DNA of 64,000 bases, from contig CM074518.1 in NCBI GenBank assembly GCA_037379345.1, positions 27,404,001-27,468,000 on the forward strand, written 5' to 3'. Shown in pieces: positions 22,586 to 36,943 of this stretch. The position numbers and the translations under genes are program-made. Each line of letters starts with the position of its first letter. Position 1 is the first letter of the stretch. This DNA comes from Perna viridis. Lineage: Eukaryota. The notes under the pieces were generated by a model, which was not told where the DNA came from, searched no databases, and saw only the letters and a list, made by a program, of their open reading frames with translations.

Positions 22586-25500
22586 TTACTGTATAGAACA
22601 ATTCTGTTTGGTTTCATTAATTCTTGTTCCTACACTATGAACTGCACTTTGGCATCGCTTGGTAAAGTTTCTTCCCTGATTTAGTAATCTGTTAAAATAT
22701 AAATATATGAAAAATAACATGAACTTGAACACAAAGTTGTGATAAGTATACTGCCACTTAATTTGTATGGCAATCCTAAGAAACAAGAAGTTAATATCTG
22801 ACAACAACCATAAACACTTATAATGTATGCCTCATCTATTTAAAGCAACATTCCACAATTGAAATCAATCTGTCCAGTGGCAGCAGAGATCTGTGTGACA
22901 AATATTTTCTCAATCATTCCAATTAGTGAGAAATTTTCCTACTATTTTTAAAATGTGTTTCTAATACAATCCAGTATAAAATTGTCACTCTTTGCACAGT
23001 GTTTTGCACAACTAGTTGTCTCATAAGTGTTTTCTACGTTTTCTGACTGCATTTCAGCAATAAAAAAAATTAAAAAATTCTAAATCAGTTTGTTAGGTGT
23101 CATACCACCTGGTGGTGTTTATAAATGGACATATTATTGTAAAACTCCACTGCAGATTTCACATTCCTGTCCACAGTCATAAACATTAAGTCTTTGTGTT
23201 GTAATATTACTTTTTAGCTTTATTTTGATGAAATGTCATCTTTCTGTTACCATGGACTTTATTACATTTGTTGTTGGGGCCTGTCAGAAATTATTTAAAA
23301 GTATTCATACTTGATCTTTGAAAGTATTAAGTATGTTGTATTTAGATTATACACTGATTCGTGTTTTGCATTTCGTTCTATTTCCTATAGTAAAATACTT
23401 ACTTAGTAAAAGGTTGTCTTGAGCAAGTCTGAGATCTTTGCTTATTGTAACTATTTGTATAGTAAACACTAGTGTATTTTTCCTCTGAAGGTTTTTGTTC
23501 ACAGAATGAATTTTTGGAGAAGTCTGCCACATCTATGTCATCCATTGTAACTTGAAGGAAAGTGTTTTCAGTGAAATCAGCTGATTGGCTCTGTGTCACA
23601 TTCCAATCTCTCGAGTCTTCAAATACTTCAGAATTCTGGAGAGATATAAGTAACCAATTTTACTGCAGCAGAGCAAGACATTTTGATTATTTCGAAACTG
23701 GGTAATCTTGGTTGTATTTTATTATTTGTGTCTTTTGCCACTATTCAAATTTATACAAACATTTTTTTTTAGTTTAGTAAAATATTTGCAAAAAAGAAAC
23801 GCACAAAAAATCTTCTTGTACAAACGCCTATAATAAAATTAAGATCAACATCTTTTTTTTTAAATACATATCTACAGTCTAATTCAGGGGAAAAGTGGAT
23901 TGAATCTTCAATAAGCATCTAATAACCAAGATTTTTCCTTTACATATAGGTCAGTATGATTGATTTGTTACTTAGAGAAACTGTCAGAATTGAACTGATC
24001 ATATTTCACCATTCACAAAATCATGATTTATCTAAATTCTTCGTGCAGTACAGCCCTACTACACTTAACTAAATGCAGATTATAAATTAAACACCTGAAT
24101 GCCTGTGAACCCACAAAATTAACACCTGAATGTCAGAGACTCAAATAAATATACCTGAATGCCTGAGATCCAATAAAATTAAACACCTGAATGCCCAATA
24201 ACCAACAAAATAGGAAGCACCCATTTTGACAGAAAACTACCAAAATTTTCCTGATACCAAAAATATCCCAATTTATGATAAGGTTAATCTATTACATAAT
24301 GTATAATTAATACATATGTACATGTAGGTCAGTCATCACATTTTCAGCATGTTCAATACACACACATTATTTGCAATATCTAAAGTCTGACTATGTTAGT
24401 ACTGAGCAGTTTAGGTAAGTCTCTGTACGAATCAGGCAAAATGGGAAAAATCAGAAACATGCATGTCAAACCCCCACCAATCTGATAATTTACTATTTCA
24501 TCAAAGAATGATTTCTCTATTTAAAAATATCACTATTCAATCTCTGCATCACTGGATTTGTAAGAAATTGTTGAACAGAATGTTAGAAAAATGAGATTTT
24601 TGAGAGTTATCTGCCCTTGAAATGTTTTATTTTCAATGAGATTTCAACTCTTTCACCAAAATGATACGAACTTTTTTCCTTGATTCTGATGGTGCAAATA
24701 GTCAAATTATACTTTCTAAATGGTGTTTTTTTTTTAAACCATGTTTCACCCTCTGCCTGACTCTTACAGAGACTGACACTTAAAACATGAACATTAACCT
24801 TAATTTGTGTACCTTGAATAACAGAATTTACATTAAGCAGTGACATACTGTGATCTGGTCATTGACATGCAAGTACATGTACTGAAACCTTTTAACTTTA
24901 TTATAAAGAGAAAATATTTTTCAATATCTCATATTCATAAAGATAGTGAGAATCTAATAACACTCAGAGCTCAAACCCCTTAGGATAAGAATGTGGCTTC
25001 ATGTGTGAGATTAAGAAATCTCACATTGCTAAAAATGGGAATGCTTTTGTCCAATAAGCTAGAAATCATAGACATTCAATAATCTTTGGTTCTTTTATCT
25101 TTGTGTTGTACAAGTACACAGACTTCTATTACATCTTGCATTCAATTGTATTATCCGTCTACAAATACAGATTGCTTTACATGATCAATAACAAACCTGA
25201 CTGTATTCAGAAGACACAGATATTGGTCTCCTTGTCAACCGCTTTGGGACGGGTGAACTAGTATATGTCTCTATCATACTTTCAATACCCCTTTTCCTAG
25301 GTCCTGGAGAATTTTCATGGGTATCTGACACACTTGTCACACCCTTCTTCCTCTGTCTTGGGGGAGCATGAGGTGTACTATTAGGTTCATTTTCCAGTTT
25401 CCTCTTCCTGACAGGGGACAAACAGTTTGAGATATCAGGAAATGTCTTTTTAAAGGGAGATAATCCATCAGGCAGACAAGGGGACTCATCACATGTTGGA

Positions 25501-28500
25501 GTAGATATAGAATCCTCCTTCACTGGCTGTAGCTTAGCTTTGATCTGAAATATAACCAAAAACCATATCACTTACCAAGTTATTATATTAGTGTTTTGGT
25601 ATTGGTAGAAATAACACAGACACTGCACTATGTTCTTGGAAGATGAATTTCATTTTATATTATCATGTAAAAAGTATGCTCAACTAAGAAATATAGAATC
25701 TACATTAATAGCGAGTTGATTATGAAATTTATAGAGATGTGAATATCATAATTAACAAGCTAAATTTGTAGATTGTGTTTCTAAAAACAAAAAATTAGGT
25801 GTAACTTGGCATTTGTGTCATGGCCGAAATTGTCTATAATGCCCCAGTTAGTACAGGTGAACAACCAATTGCCCTTTGTACTTTAACCAATCAGCTTCTG
25901 AGAATTCCAATCTCTCTGGAGACCAGGAATATTTTCCCCTACACTGATCAGGAGGTATGAAAACTGATGAAAAATTAATAGAAAACAATATCATATGTTT
26001 TTCAGCTTGCACAACTACTTCCTGTGGAAATTTCTTTCAAGAGCTTTGTTATTCAAGTACTTTTATGCTTCCAAGATTAGAATTGACAAGTGATAGTATA
26101 ATTGTTAACATATAATTCAGCATTATTGTAAATATCTATATTTAGTTTGTACCAATAAAGAATTGAATATGATATTTAAACAATTGATTCATAAGGACAC
26201 TGAAAGGAGCCTATTATAAACAAATTCAAATAAGGCCAAAACAAAATATGTTTGTTTTCTTTTAACAGACTGAAAAACAAAATATGTTTGTTTTCTTTTA
26301 ACAGACTGAAAAACAAAATATGTTTGTTTTCTGTTAACAGACTGATAACCACTGACATGTGGAAATATTTGGATCGAAGTTCTAGAAAAAAAACATTGTG
26401 TCCAAAGAGGAAATTAATGTTTTAATCTGTTATTTCTTTTGTAAATGAAGTTTATTCTTTTTTATTGGTTATTGGTTGGTTGAGAGGTAATTCCACTAGT
26501 ATCTGTCACATTTACCAATACACTGAATCCAACTCTTCATGAGTACCTTTATAATTTTTTTCCCTACAATGCCTTATTGTATTTGCTCAATCCAATTAAA
26601 ATTTAAGACAATTAATTACAAACACAATATTGCAAACATCTTATTTTTTAGGTGTTCTAATTTTCTCTCTAAGATTTAGCATGATAATTTGTACCCAAGG
26701 AAATGACTTTTTATACTATAAAATATTTAACTAAAACTTTTACAATATCAGCAGATATGTTCATTATACAGAAGCCACAAAAACATAAATAAAAGAAACA
26801 TGTTTACAATATTTGTTTATGAGTAAACTGTGTACCTTTTTATCCTCCATTTTCTCTTGTTTTTTCTGTCTCCATAGTGATTTCCCTCTCATTGGTAACT
26901 TGTTACTGCTGGGTTTCCTTAAAGTTGATCTGTTGTTATTTAGTTTCCTATAAGAAAAAAATTAATGTAAGAAATATGAGAAAATATACATAAAATACAT
27001 GACATATATATGTTTAGAAGCTGCAATTCACATTAACTTGGTATAGGTAATTTACATCCAAGATTTTTGCAAAAGATTTCAAATACACTATTGTTATTCA
27101 ATAAAAAATGATGACAAATTTAGTAATAATACCAATAATTTCTCAACAGTATCTACCGCATATTAGAAACACATGAGTTGCAAGATGGAGTTTTCTTGGG
27201 ATTTCATCATAAGTGATAGATGATATGGTTATTGGTTGACCCACAAATAAAGAATGTTTTATTTATTATATTTAAGATTTCTTTACTACATTGTAATTTA
27301 CATGTACATGTAGATTTATCAACCTTAACTTGAATGCATTGCATTTATCAATCATTTATTCAGTAAAACAAAAAAGAAAAAAATTCCTGTACACAGCTGT
27401 CCTGTAATAATTTAAATATTCTCCAAAACAACAGATAAAGTACCCATTTACACCAAAAAATACAAATAATCTATTAAAAAATACTGACAATATAGCATAG
27501 AAAATGATCTCGACTTTGGTTCAAACCTGCCTCATTTTTTTTTTTAAATTTTGGTTAAAAAAGGAACGTCTCATTTGAAAAGGAAACCTTGCATTCCTAA
27601 TGTATTGGTGGAGGAAAGACCAAACTTACATGAAATCAAGTTGAATGAGCGATAATATCCATCTATATTAAAATAACAAGAATTAATATTTGAATACTAA
27701 GTTAGCATACTTGATGGCCATGTCTATGCTTTCAACCCACTGGTTAACATTCTGTGGGTCATGTGACATCAGCAATAGACTTTCATCTTTACATGCAATC
27801 TAAAAATACATGCATAAATTCACTGAAACTTTGCATCATCGTATTTTATGAACAGTCACTCTTTTTAATTATAATTTCCTAACTTTTGCAATATATATAT
27901 GCATTTAAGAACTGAATGCTAAAAGTTACAATTGAAGGTCTAAATGTTTATACATTCTGGTCAAAGAGTATGGTGAAAAAATGTACAATATAACTTTTTA
28001 TGTTATCAAGCAAAAGCAGTGATTATAATAGCACTCATCATTTTTTTATCATAAAATGAATATCAACAAAGTAATGATTTAAAGACTGGATAAAGTTTTT
28101 TTTTAGACAGCTCCATCACTTTAACTTAAAAAAAAGATGTAGAAAAGATAACCTTTGGCATTGGCATCAATGAATATGCATAAGATTATAAATGGTTTTT
28201 TTTTTCAATTAAAGGGTTACAAACCTGATGGCTCCAAGTAATCAAATTTAAGGTTTGGATGAATAAAATGTACTAAAGGAAAAAATAAGCAAGCCATATA
28301 CTGTAAACATATTTTAGAAAATTTTTTGGCAGATTCTCTCATGTGAACATATTGGTGGGAATCTATTTCCTGGGTTCGAAAAATTTTTTTTGGCATTATA
28401 TAGTGTTTGAAATTAAATTAACGGATAGTATTTTTTGGGCAGGGTTTTCTGTTCACAGCAAAAATAGTGAAAAATTAGTATGTTTTCAGTAGTTCAAAAC

Positions 28501-31500
28501 AGCAATGAAAATACTACATGCAATTATCAACATACAATATAACTGCTGCAGTACCAAAGGCTACAGTGAAACCAGTCTAAATTGAACCCAGATTCAACTG
28601 ATAGATCTGTTTAGTTGAGACAGATTCGAAATGTATTGATAATGATATGTAAATGTTGAGTAAAGACAGGTTCTCATTCCATTCAGGGTTGGGTTCAGAC
28701 AGGTTTCACAGTATGTCAGGGTTCTCAATAAGTTTTATAGTAGGTGGCACCATTGAGGGCCCTCAGACCCGAACCGAGCTCTGAATTGATTCTAAAACTT
28801 TCCACATACTGAATCCATGATACGGAATCAGTACTGAAAAAAAAAGGACCACGTCCATTACAAAAGCGCTGAATTAACCACGATTAAAGTTTGTTTATTC
28901 GTACTGCTGATCATGACAAAACAAAATTAAGTTATCATGGAAACTAATCTGCATTACCATAAACACCACGATCAAAGGTTTCTGATGCATTTTTTTTATG
29001 TAAAAAACATGAAATAACCTAACATTTTATTTTCAATTAAATTTTTTTTTGCAACAAAATAGCAGGCGCCAATGTCAAAGTAGACAGTGAAATTGCCGGT
29101 TGCCGGCACTTATTGAGAACCTTGTATGTAGTACTAACTTACAGAAAACATTCCTCCTGTATCAGTATGATTTCTTGTGTTTCCAAATACTTTCTCCACT
29201 TGGCAATGTTTCAGGGGTAACACACAACAACAGGAATATGAGTTACTGCCACTGTCTAAAAACTTTGGTTTCCCGTAAATCATCATGTCAGAAAACAAGA
29301 AGAACATCCGGTCATGTGACCTACCACCTCTACGAGATACCTTGATGAAAAATCATACACAGAATAAATTAGCTTGAACATGGTAAGTTTTGACCAAAGT
29401 AATCCACCCATTTGAAATGATAACTAAATAAAGGTTTGAAGGATTTAAATATTTCGTTAGGTAGAATGATCGTCTTGACTGAAGGAAGCTTACCTTTCTT
29501 CACTGTTCACTGTAACCAACAGGCAGTGATTTCTAGAAGTTTACCTCCCTTGTTTCAACAAACTTATTAGAAGAAATAGATTTCCCGTCAAACAAATTTA
29601 GTTTAACTATATGTATTTATTACATAGATAGCAGTATTATTATTGAATGTTCCCAATGTAATAAATTTCAATAATTCACACTGTGAAATATATTTGGTAA
29701 CTTCACTCTCGGACTCCCAAAACATCACTACACAAATATCAATTCGCTGTACATAAAATTTACAAATTATGTTGAAAATAGCAACAAATAATGGAGGAAA
29801 TCTATACAATAAATAGGATAATCAATTGGTTCTCGTGAATAACCAAAATATAATCACTCGTGCAAAGAACGCATTAAGATTTTACTCGTGCCTGAAACAA
29901 GTTCCATATACTTGTTAAATCTAGGCACTCTTCAGCACTCATGTTCATATATTGGTTATTCACTCTTTCCAATTCATTTTTCTAATATTCTCAACTCATT
30001 TATGATTAAAGTGGTATATTCAGTTAATATCAAATTGGGCTCTGAAAAGAAAGTTAGTCAAATCACTATGGATATAAAATAATTTTTGGTAAAATGTTTG
30101 CTTACTTTGCAAACAAAACGTTTTTTTACAATCATTTTTAACATGGAAACTGATGTGCAGAATGCACATGAAATGTGTAAATTAGATCAAATTGTTGAAC
30201 AACACTAAATTTGGTGACATATTTTGATATGTACCATGTACCACGTCTATCGTATCAAGTCAGTTTTTGACAAAATATTTAGTTTGACAGAAACATGTGA
30301 CCAATATTGATTTTTCAGATGGGCAAAAAAAACAAATAAGAAACCGACCACTTGTTCAAGAAATCATTGAAAATTGCAAAGAAATGGTAATTTTGACATA
30401 TCATAGACACAACAGCACGTCATTAATTTTTGAATGGGGTTAGTTCTAAAAAGTTTTAAAAGAAATTGAAGATAAGCTTTTCTAGAAACCCACTGAGTTG
30501 CTCATAAAAAGTCAAATCTGGGGTTGAAGAAAGAAGAACAAAAAGCAATGACACATTGAGCAAATTGATTCTCATGGTGCCCCAGAATACACATCAAGAA
30601 TTAATGATGATGACCATAAAACTCTTGTATTGATTACTTCAATCTTGTAGCAACATAAACCTGTTCCTGAAGCCTAATTGTGAGAAGTGTAGCACATAAA
30701 ATGTGAATATACTCCTTTAGAAATCAACATGCTCACTAAAACTTGCATGTTAATAAACTAAATTTAACCACCTTGAAAATATCCATTCCTACCATTAGGA
30801 TCATTTCTATTGAATCAAAGGTATTAATATTAAGATATACTTTTACTACTACCTAAATCTTTCCTGATCACTTACATTAATCTATTGTAAAAGTACTATT
30901 GTTTGTTGGGCACCAATTTTCATTGTTTTCATGGGTTCGGCAAACAGGAAATTTGGTTTCCAAAGAACAGGAAATTTCCCATTCTTTGTTTGATAGAGTT
31001 GTCAGAAGAATGAATTCAAGAATCCACTCACTGATATATTTTCCCGAAACCAAGAAAATTCGCACCCACTATTTAAAGTACCTTCTCAGTATTGCAAATA
31101 ACTGCCAACTTACGGAAAATATTCAAGACATTTTGATAGATGTCTGCTTATAATACAATACTGAGTCTTCTAAAAGCAGTACTAATACCTTTTTTAAAAC
31201 ACCTTCTCTAATGAATTCTCTACCAGGTGCCAATATTTTAGGTGCTGATCTATCGAAACTTTTCTGTATACTTAACATCTTCTGGAAGTTCTCATGTTGT
31301 TTCATGTGTTCATTTATATGACTGGCTATCTCTCCTGTCTGGAGTGCTGACTCTGCAAAAAAATACATTTATTCTTTCTATCTAGCACTTAACATGATAT
31401 ACCTATCTCCCTATTTTGTAATTGAAATATGTTTAAAAATTAACATTTTTTTAACACTTTTTTCTGAAGGAAACTAACTTTTTTTTATTTTGCACATCTA

Positions 31501-34500
31501 GGCATTGATTGTATTACCTACATGAGGTTCTAATTCAAATCTGATATATAAAGTAAGAGATGTAATGATATACTTTGTTTTAAAACTTGTTGTATCAGCA
31601 AGTGTGCAAGTTATCAACAAGTTACATGTATTTAGATACTGCATCATCATTTACTTTTGTGGGGATAAAATTTTGTGATTTTGTCTCTGAAACTTGATTT
31701 CGTGGATTCTCGATTAATATTTTTTAATGGGAATGTACTTCTGATTCAAGCTCTTGGATCTGTCGTGTTCTTCCTTATAAACTGGACAGTTCCCACTCCC
31801 TCTTGGCAAGGTATATAGGAGAATCTTTTGAATTAAGTATTGTTTGCTGATACCATGTTTTCGATAGCCATTTATCAATTAAAATAATACAATGTTTATT
31901 CATTTCATCTCAAATACCTAGGTTTCCTTCTGTTTCTGTAAATGTGCAAATCAAGAGTTTCACTAAACAATGACATCAGCACCGTCACAGTTAATGAAAA
32001 CAATATTTTGAATATGCCAAACTCATTTATTAAAGTTTTGACATCCATCTGTAAACAGTTAATCAAGTGGATTAAAGGATTAGTGAGAATTGTTTTCACC
32101 TTTGTAAATCATCTTTTATCATCTGCTAATTAAATGACAATGGGCTCGAGGACAGCTTGGCACTCCCATTATTGTGTATTGCATGCTCTACCGCACACAT
32201 AGGTGAAGAAAATTACAGCAGCATGTTTTGAGGGAATATTTAAGATTTTTTTATTTTATATACATGTAAGTGCATTTGAATTCAGAATAATCTTTTATTT
32301 AAAATTGAAATATATATTTGGAGATACATTTTCATGGGGACTTATTTTCATGGATTTTTTCTACCCACAAAATAAACGAAATTAAATCTCCAAAGAAAAT
32401 TTCTGCTTTTACAGTAACTATATAATACTATCACCTTAAAATGTGTCTTAATTATAAAATCCTTGAATTTAGAGAGTCATTTAGACCAGTACATTTGACT
32501 CTTTCAATTGAGGAAATGTCAGTTCAATTTACATTTTTAATAATTGTATTTACTGAGCATATCATTAAAATGCTACTCTCATTAGATAATTAACTTTATA
32601 AATGATATTTCATGAGTCGATAAACTTATCTAGCTATTTATGTACGCCACACCAACAATTAAAGCCTTTAAGGACTACTTTTTTTGATCCCTGTGTTTTG
32701 CCACAATTTTTTTGAATGTATAAAATTAAATAAGAATAAAATAAAAGTAACATATCAAATGTAATTATAAGAATTAAATGTTTCATTTATGATGTTTCAT
32801 TTTGGCATGTAATAGCACTGACTGGTTGCACATTGTGGACATGAAGCAATAGTGAGCTGTGCTACTGTTAACGCTTGTACATGCCGATGAACATTCAATT
32901 ATCAAATGTTATACTTTGATATGGAGGATCAGCTTTGTGGTGGATAAACAAAACAGAAAGCTTATGAACAAGAAAATATATAACACCCTTGGTAAGGAGA
33001 GGACACAGTGATGCTTTACATACCTTTTATTTGATAATAATCATGATGTTCTTCAGAGGTACACTCTAGTAGATCTTCTAGCAATAATTTGTACCTCAAG
33101 AAAAGAAAAACCAAAATAAAAATCTCTTCAAAGTTGCTCAATAAACATTTAGATGCCAATTTGTTCATTTAAGAGCAAGTCATGAAATTTCTTTTGTAGT
33201 CCAGCTGGGGCACAACTCCAGTTCTTAAACAGCTGGGGCACAACTCTCAAAATTGAATAAAACTTGCCTTCTAATGATTATATGGTATTAATGGGACATT
33301 GTGCTTAAATTTCATAAAGATCCATTCAATAAATTACAAGATTTGTATAAATGACAGCGACACCATTATAAATTATATATCTGCAATACATAGCTATTAA
33401 ACTTGATCTGTATTTCATGGCTTACAACATTCTGCTTAAGTTAGAAAAGAATTGAATGAAAAATTCTATAGTAGTCATGCACAAACCAAAAGCTTGACAG
33501 ATGAACTTGTGTTAGAATGAAAGAACATGAGAATCGCCTGACTTATTGAGTCAGGATAATTTTATATTAGAACAGCAGGTATTAAAGAAGAAACTAGCAA
33601 AATTGACATTAATATGCAATAAAAAACAAAAAAAATTAAATTTGTAAAATCTTGATTTGGAAAAGTGGATATCTGCTAAAGTAGTGGATGAAAACCATCC
33701 CTATTGAAAAAAAAAACAGTTCAATTTGATACCTAGGGATTCTCTGCACTGGTGTTATGAGTAAAGCATTCAATTTTAGACCCTGAACATCAGGCCGATC
33801 TTCTTGTCGCTGAATGAAATCTTTAAAATCTGTACTCTTTTGTGACCATTCCTATAGAAAGAAATAAAATACAAAAAAATTACCATGCGTGCATGATATG
33901 CCCATCCCCATGATGGAAGGAAATAGAATTTTTATATCACATAAGTTTACCCTTACAGTACAGGGATTTTTGTACCATGATAGACTTCTTATAATGAGAT
34001 GTTTTGAATAGAAATACAAGAATTTTTGTTCTCAAAGCTACAGTGCAATATGTGAAAAAATCCTATACAAAATATGAAAAAGTCCTATAACTCAGAAACT
34101 AAAAAAATATAATTTTCTCCAAAAAGTATACAGACCATTAGATCATGATCACAACAAATAATTGTGTCAAGTTAATAGTTGATTGAATGAGGGATTTTCA
34201 AGTATAAACAGCATAAAAAATCCCATGACAATATGAAAAAGTCAATTACTCAAGAATTTCATTTTTTTAATGTAGGTAAAATTCTATGAAGACACACTTT
34301 CATTATCTATGCACTATTTTTATTTCAACTTTTTATACCCTTAAATTCAAAGTCCTAACTCAAATTACTTTATGGGTAAGTAAGCCGTATGGACTATGTC
34401 AACGAATTTCCACCCCCCCCCCCCCCCGAAAAAAAAAAGAAGGCTCAGGTATAGGACTAATTTTTACTAAATGTGCTGTACAAAAAAAAATTACCTGAAG

Positions 34501-36491
34501 GGCTGTTAATGCATTTTCATGGTTGTTCGCATAGGTTGAGTAAAGCTTGAGAAATGGTCCTAGATAATGGAAGGCCTGGCCAACAGTAGTCTGTTCCATG
34601 TACTCCAGTAATGTCTTGTTTACCTCCCATATCTGTTCAATGTTACCAAATATCTTACTATGGACATTGTCCGGGATCAAGCAGTTAAATCTCAATGGAA
34701 AGTCAAAATGCTGGAATTAAAAATGAAAAAAGTTAATTAATTACAATATGCACCTGTTCCCAAATCTGAAGCAACTGCTTGCTCATCACATCAGTATGTT
34801 TTTTTTTAAAGGGTACCTTGTCTCTGTGGTAGGGATTGACAGTTTTTCTTCCCAATACTTTTTGCCTGACGAAGGCCATAAGGCCAAAAATTTGGGCTCA
34901 TATTTTTCAATATCTTTGTTTTATTCATATCTTTTTGTATTTAGTTCCTTTTTACCTTTTAAACATGTCTATTGTTCATTGATTCATTATTCTTTTATAC
35001 TATAATTCACCAGGTTCAAGACCAATGTGAAAAATATACTGATGTGATGAACAAGAAGTTGCTTCAGATTGTGGCATCAAATAACATCATCCAAAAAATC
35101 ATAAGGGATACACTTTTCAGCAAGTCAGTTGAAACATATCTCAATGAAACCAAAAGGTCTGATGTATCAATGCAGAGTTAGAAACTAATCAAAATAGTAT
35201 TAATATGAAAGCAGAAAGTTGATGGTTTTTAATTGGTATATGCTGTATTATAAGTAAGTCATTGTGATGGAGTATGAACTCAAATTTGCTTTTGACCATT
35301 ATGGCATTCTTGAATATAGATGGATATCAACAGCTCCAGTGAAATGGTTTTTGTCAGTTAGTCAGTTGGAAACCTAACATGCTTTCCATTAAATGGTTCA
35401 TTCCAATAGAACCACAGAATTGTGCCAAGTGGTTTGTCTTAGAAAATGAACCAAACGAACCAGAAGTAGAATTAGAGAAAGTTGTTTTGTACAGGTTAAT
35501 GGAAAACTAGTCTAATTGTGCATTTTTCCAATTAAAATGTCTGAAAATTTAGACAAACAAAAAAAGGACTTAATCTAACATGTCAGATAGTCAAAGTCCA
35601 GTGAATTCTGTCATGACTGGAATTCATGCAATAAGCACCTTATTAACTAATTCTAAATGATTCAGGTACGTTTTCTCTGTTTCAAATAATTCTTTTATCA
35701 CTTTCTTTCTTCTTTTTTCTCTCTTTTCTTCTGATACACTTTCATCTTCATTCTGTTGAGCTATTTCACTAAGAACTGAAAGTAAAATACATGTGAAATT
35801 CTATTCATATTACAGTTCATGTACACTTGTACATACAAGTAAAAGTATATACATGTACATTTTGTACATGTGTATAGCAATGGTTGTTACAATTTTGAGA
35901 ATGGGCATTGTTTAATCTTTATTAATGACATTTCCGTTCTAAGCTTAATCTGTATATCACAACAGGTACAAATGTATATGTATGTAAAAATTATGCAAAT
36001 AAAACAGAAAACAACAATATCATATTTGTTTAAATTAAAAAAAAATGTGTGTTTCCAATTTACCATACCAATCTACTTTTTCAGCTAAAAATGGTAAACC
36101 CTTTAGTGTTGTTTTTTTTTATCATTATTCAATAATCATTGTTCAAGTCAGAAATGTTTATCCCATAGGCATAGACTCATAGGTTACAAAAAAATAGTCA
36201 TTTAAAGATATCCTAACTTTCCTATGTGTAGGCCTTTTTTAAAAGGTGTAATATTATTTATTTGGCCTAATCACAAGACAAGATCCATTTCTAAATTGAT
36301 TCTAATATCCAATCACCAATTCATTGCCATACATGTTCCATTGACCAAAAACATTTGTTCAGACTAATTTTCAACATACGTGTACAATGTACATGTACCT
36401 ATATTACCCCATTTGATACCTGTATATATCAACATAATCAGCTTAATTATATAATATATGTACCTCTGAATCTACTTCTAGTGGTAAGCAT
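22586..36491 (-). CDS. ARHGEF39: Rho guanine nucleotide exchange factor (DH-PH), ARHGEF39-like, 605 aa; coding exons 36491-36464, 35775-35639, 34710-34495, 33851-33733, 33094-33024, 31352-31189, 29340-29143, 27799-27711, 26947-26836, 25544-25197, 23635-23403, 22688-22586
   Basis: All 11 introns are GT-AG with compatible phases, and the total of 1818 nt is open. DH motifs are RRKKVIKELFETEKTYLNHL, IFGNIEQI, FLKLYSTYANNH and LLITPVQRIPRYKLLLEDLL. PH motifs are PGREFIREGVLKKV, RMFFLFSDMMIY and QWVESIDMAI, followed by KLNNNRSTLRKPSS. The very short N-terminus and lack of a FYVE domain favour ARHGEF39 over FGD. The orthology and the last three exons are less certain than the DH-PH core. Confidence 0.87.
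24087..24210. repeat. About 30-bp degenerate tandem repeat x4
   Basis: AACACCTGAATGCC...AAAATT recurs four times. Confidence 0.8.
26238..26346. repeat. 36-bp tandem repeat x3
   Basis: Unit AAAACAAAATATGTTTGTTTTCTTTTAACAGACTGA. Confidence 0.92.
28562..28713. mobile_element. Short TA-flanked MITE
   Basis: TA-CAGTGAAACCAGTCTAAA ... TTCAGACAGGTTTCACAG-TA. Confidence 0.6.
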
Positions 36492-36943
36492 CTTGTTAAT
36501 TCCAAATCATTTTATGGAACTGAAAGAAAAGGCAAGCATGGCATTAATGGAACATTAAATGATATATATATATATACATGTATATATATATATATTGAAA
36601 TGACTTAGATGGAGTCAGCACATGCCATGCATTTACAGTTCTTTCCATCCCAAGATTTTATAATGTTTCTAAATTGATATATCTACAATATTTGAATATT
36701 TAAAATTATAATTTGAGTTATTACAAACAACAAGATCGTGTAAACTTCAACCATGGTGTAGGCAGTTTGATTAAGCAATGGTACCTTAGCTTGATCGTTC
36801 ATCATATGTACTCTCATGCATAACTCGCAAGGCTCCCTCATGTATTTTTTTTTTACAATTTAGAAATATTACTTTCAGTGCCAAAATGCTATGCCAAAAG
36901 GCAAAAGTTAAGTTCAAAAGAATAAAAGTTTGAAATATGGTAA

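Noticed and set aside
25848-25963. Extra RhoGEF exon after the acceptor-like TTTTTCATCAG
   Set aside because: In the required phase 0 it reaches a stop after 26 codons, and the flanking exons already join in frame. A poison or alternative last exon cannot be excluded.
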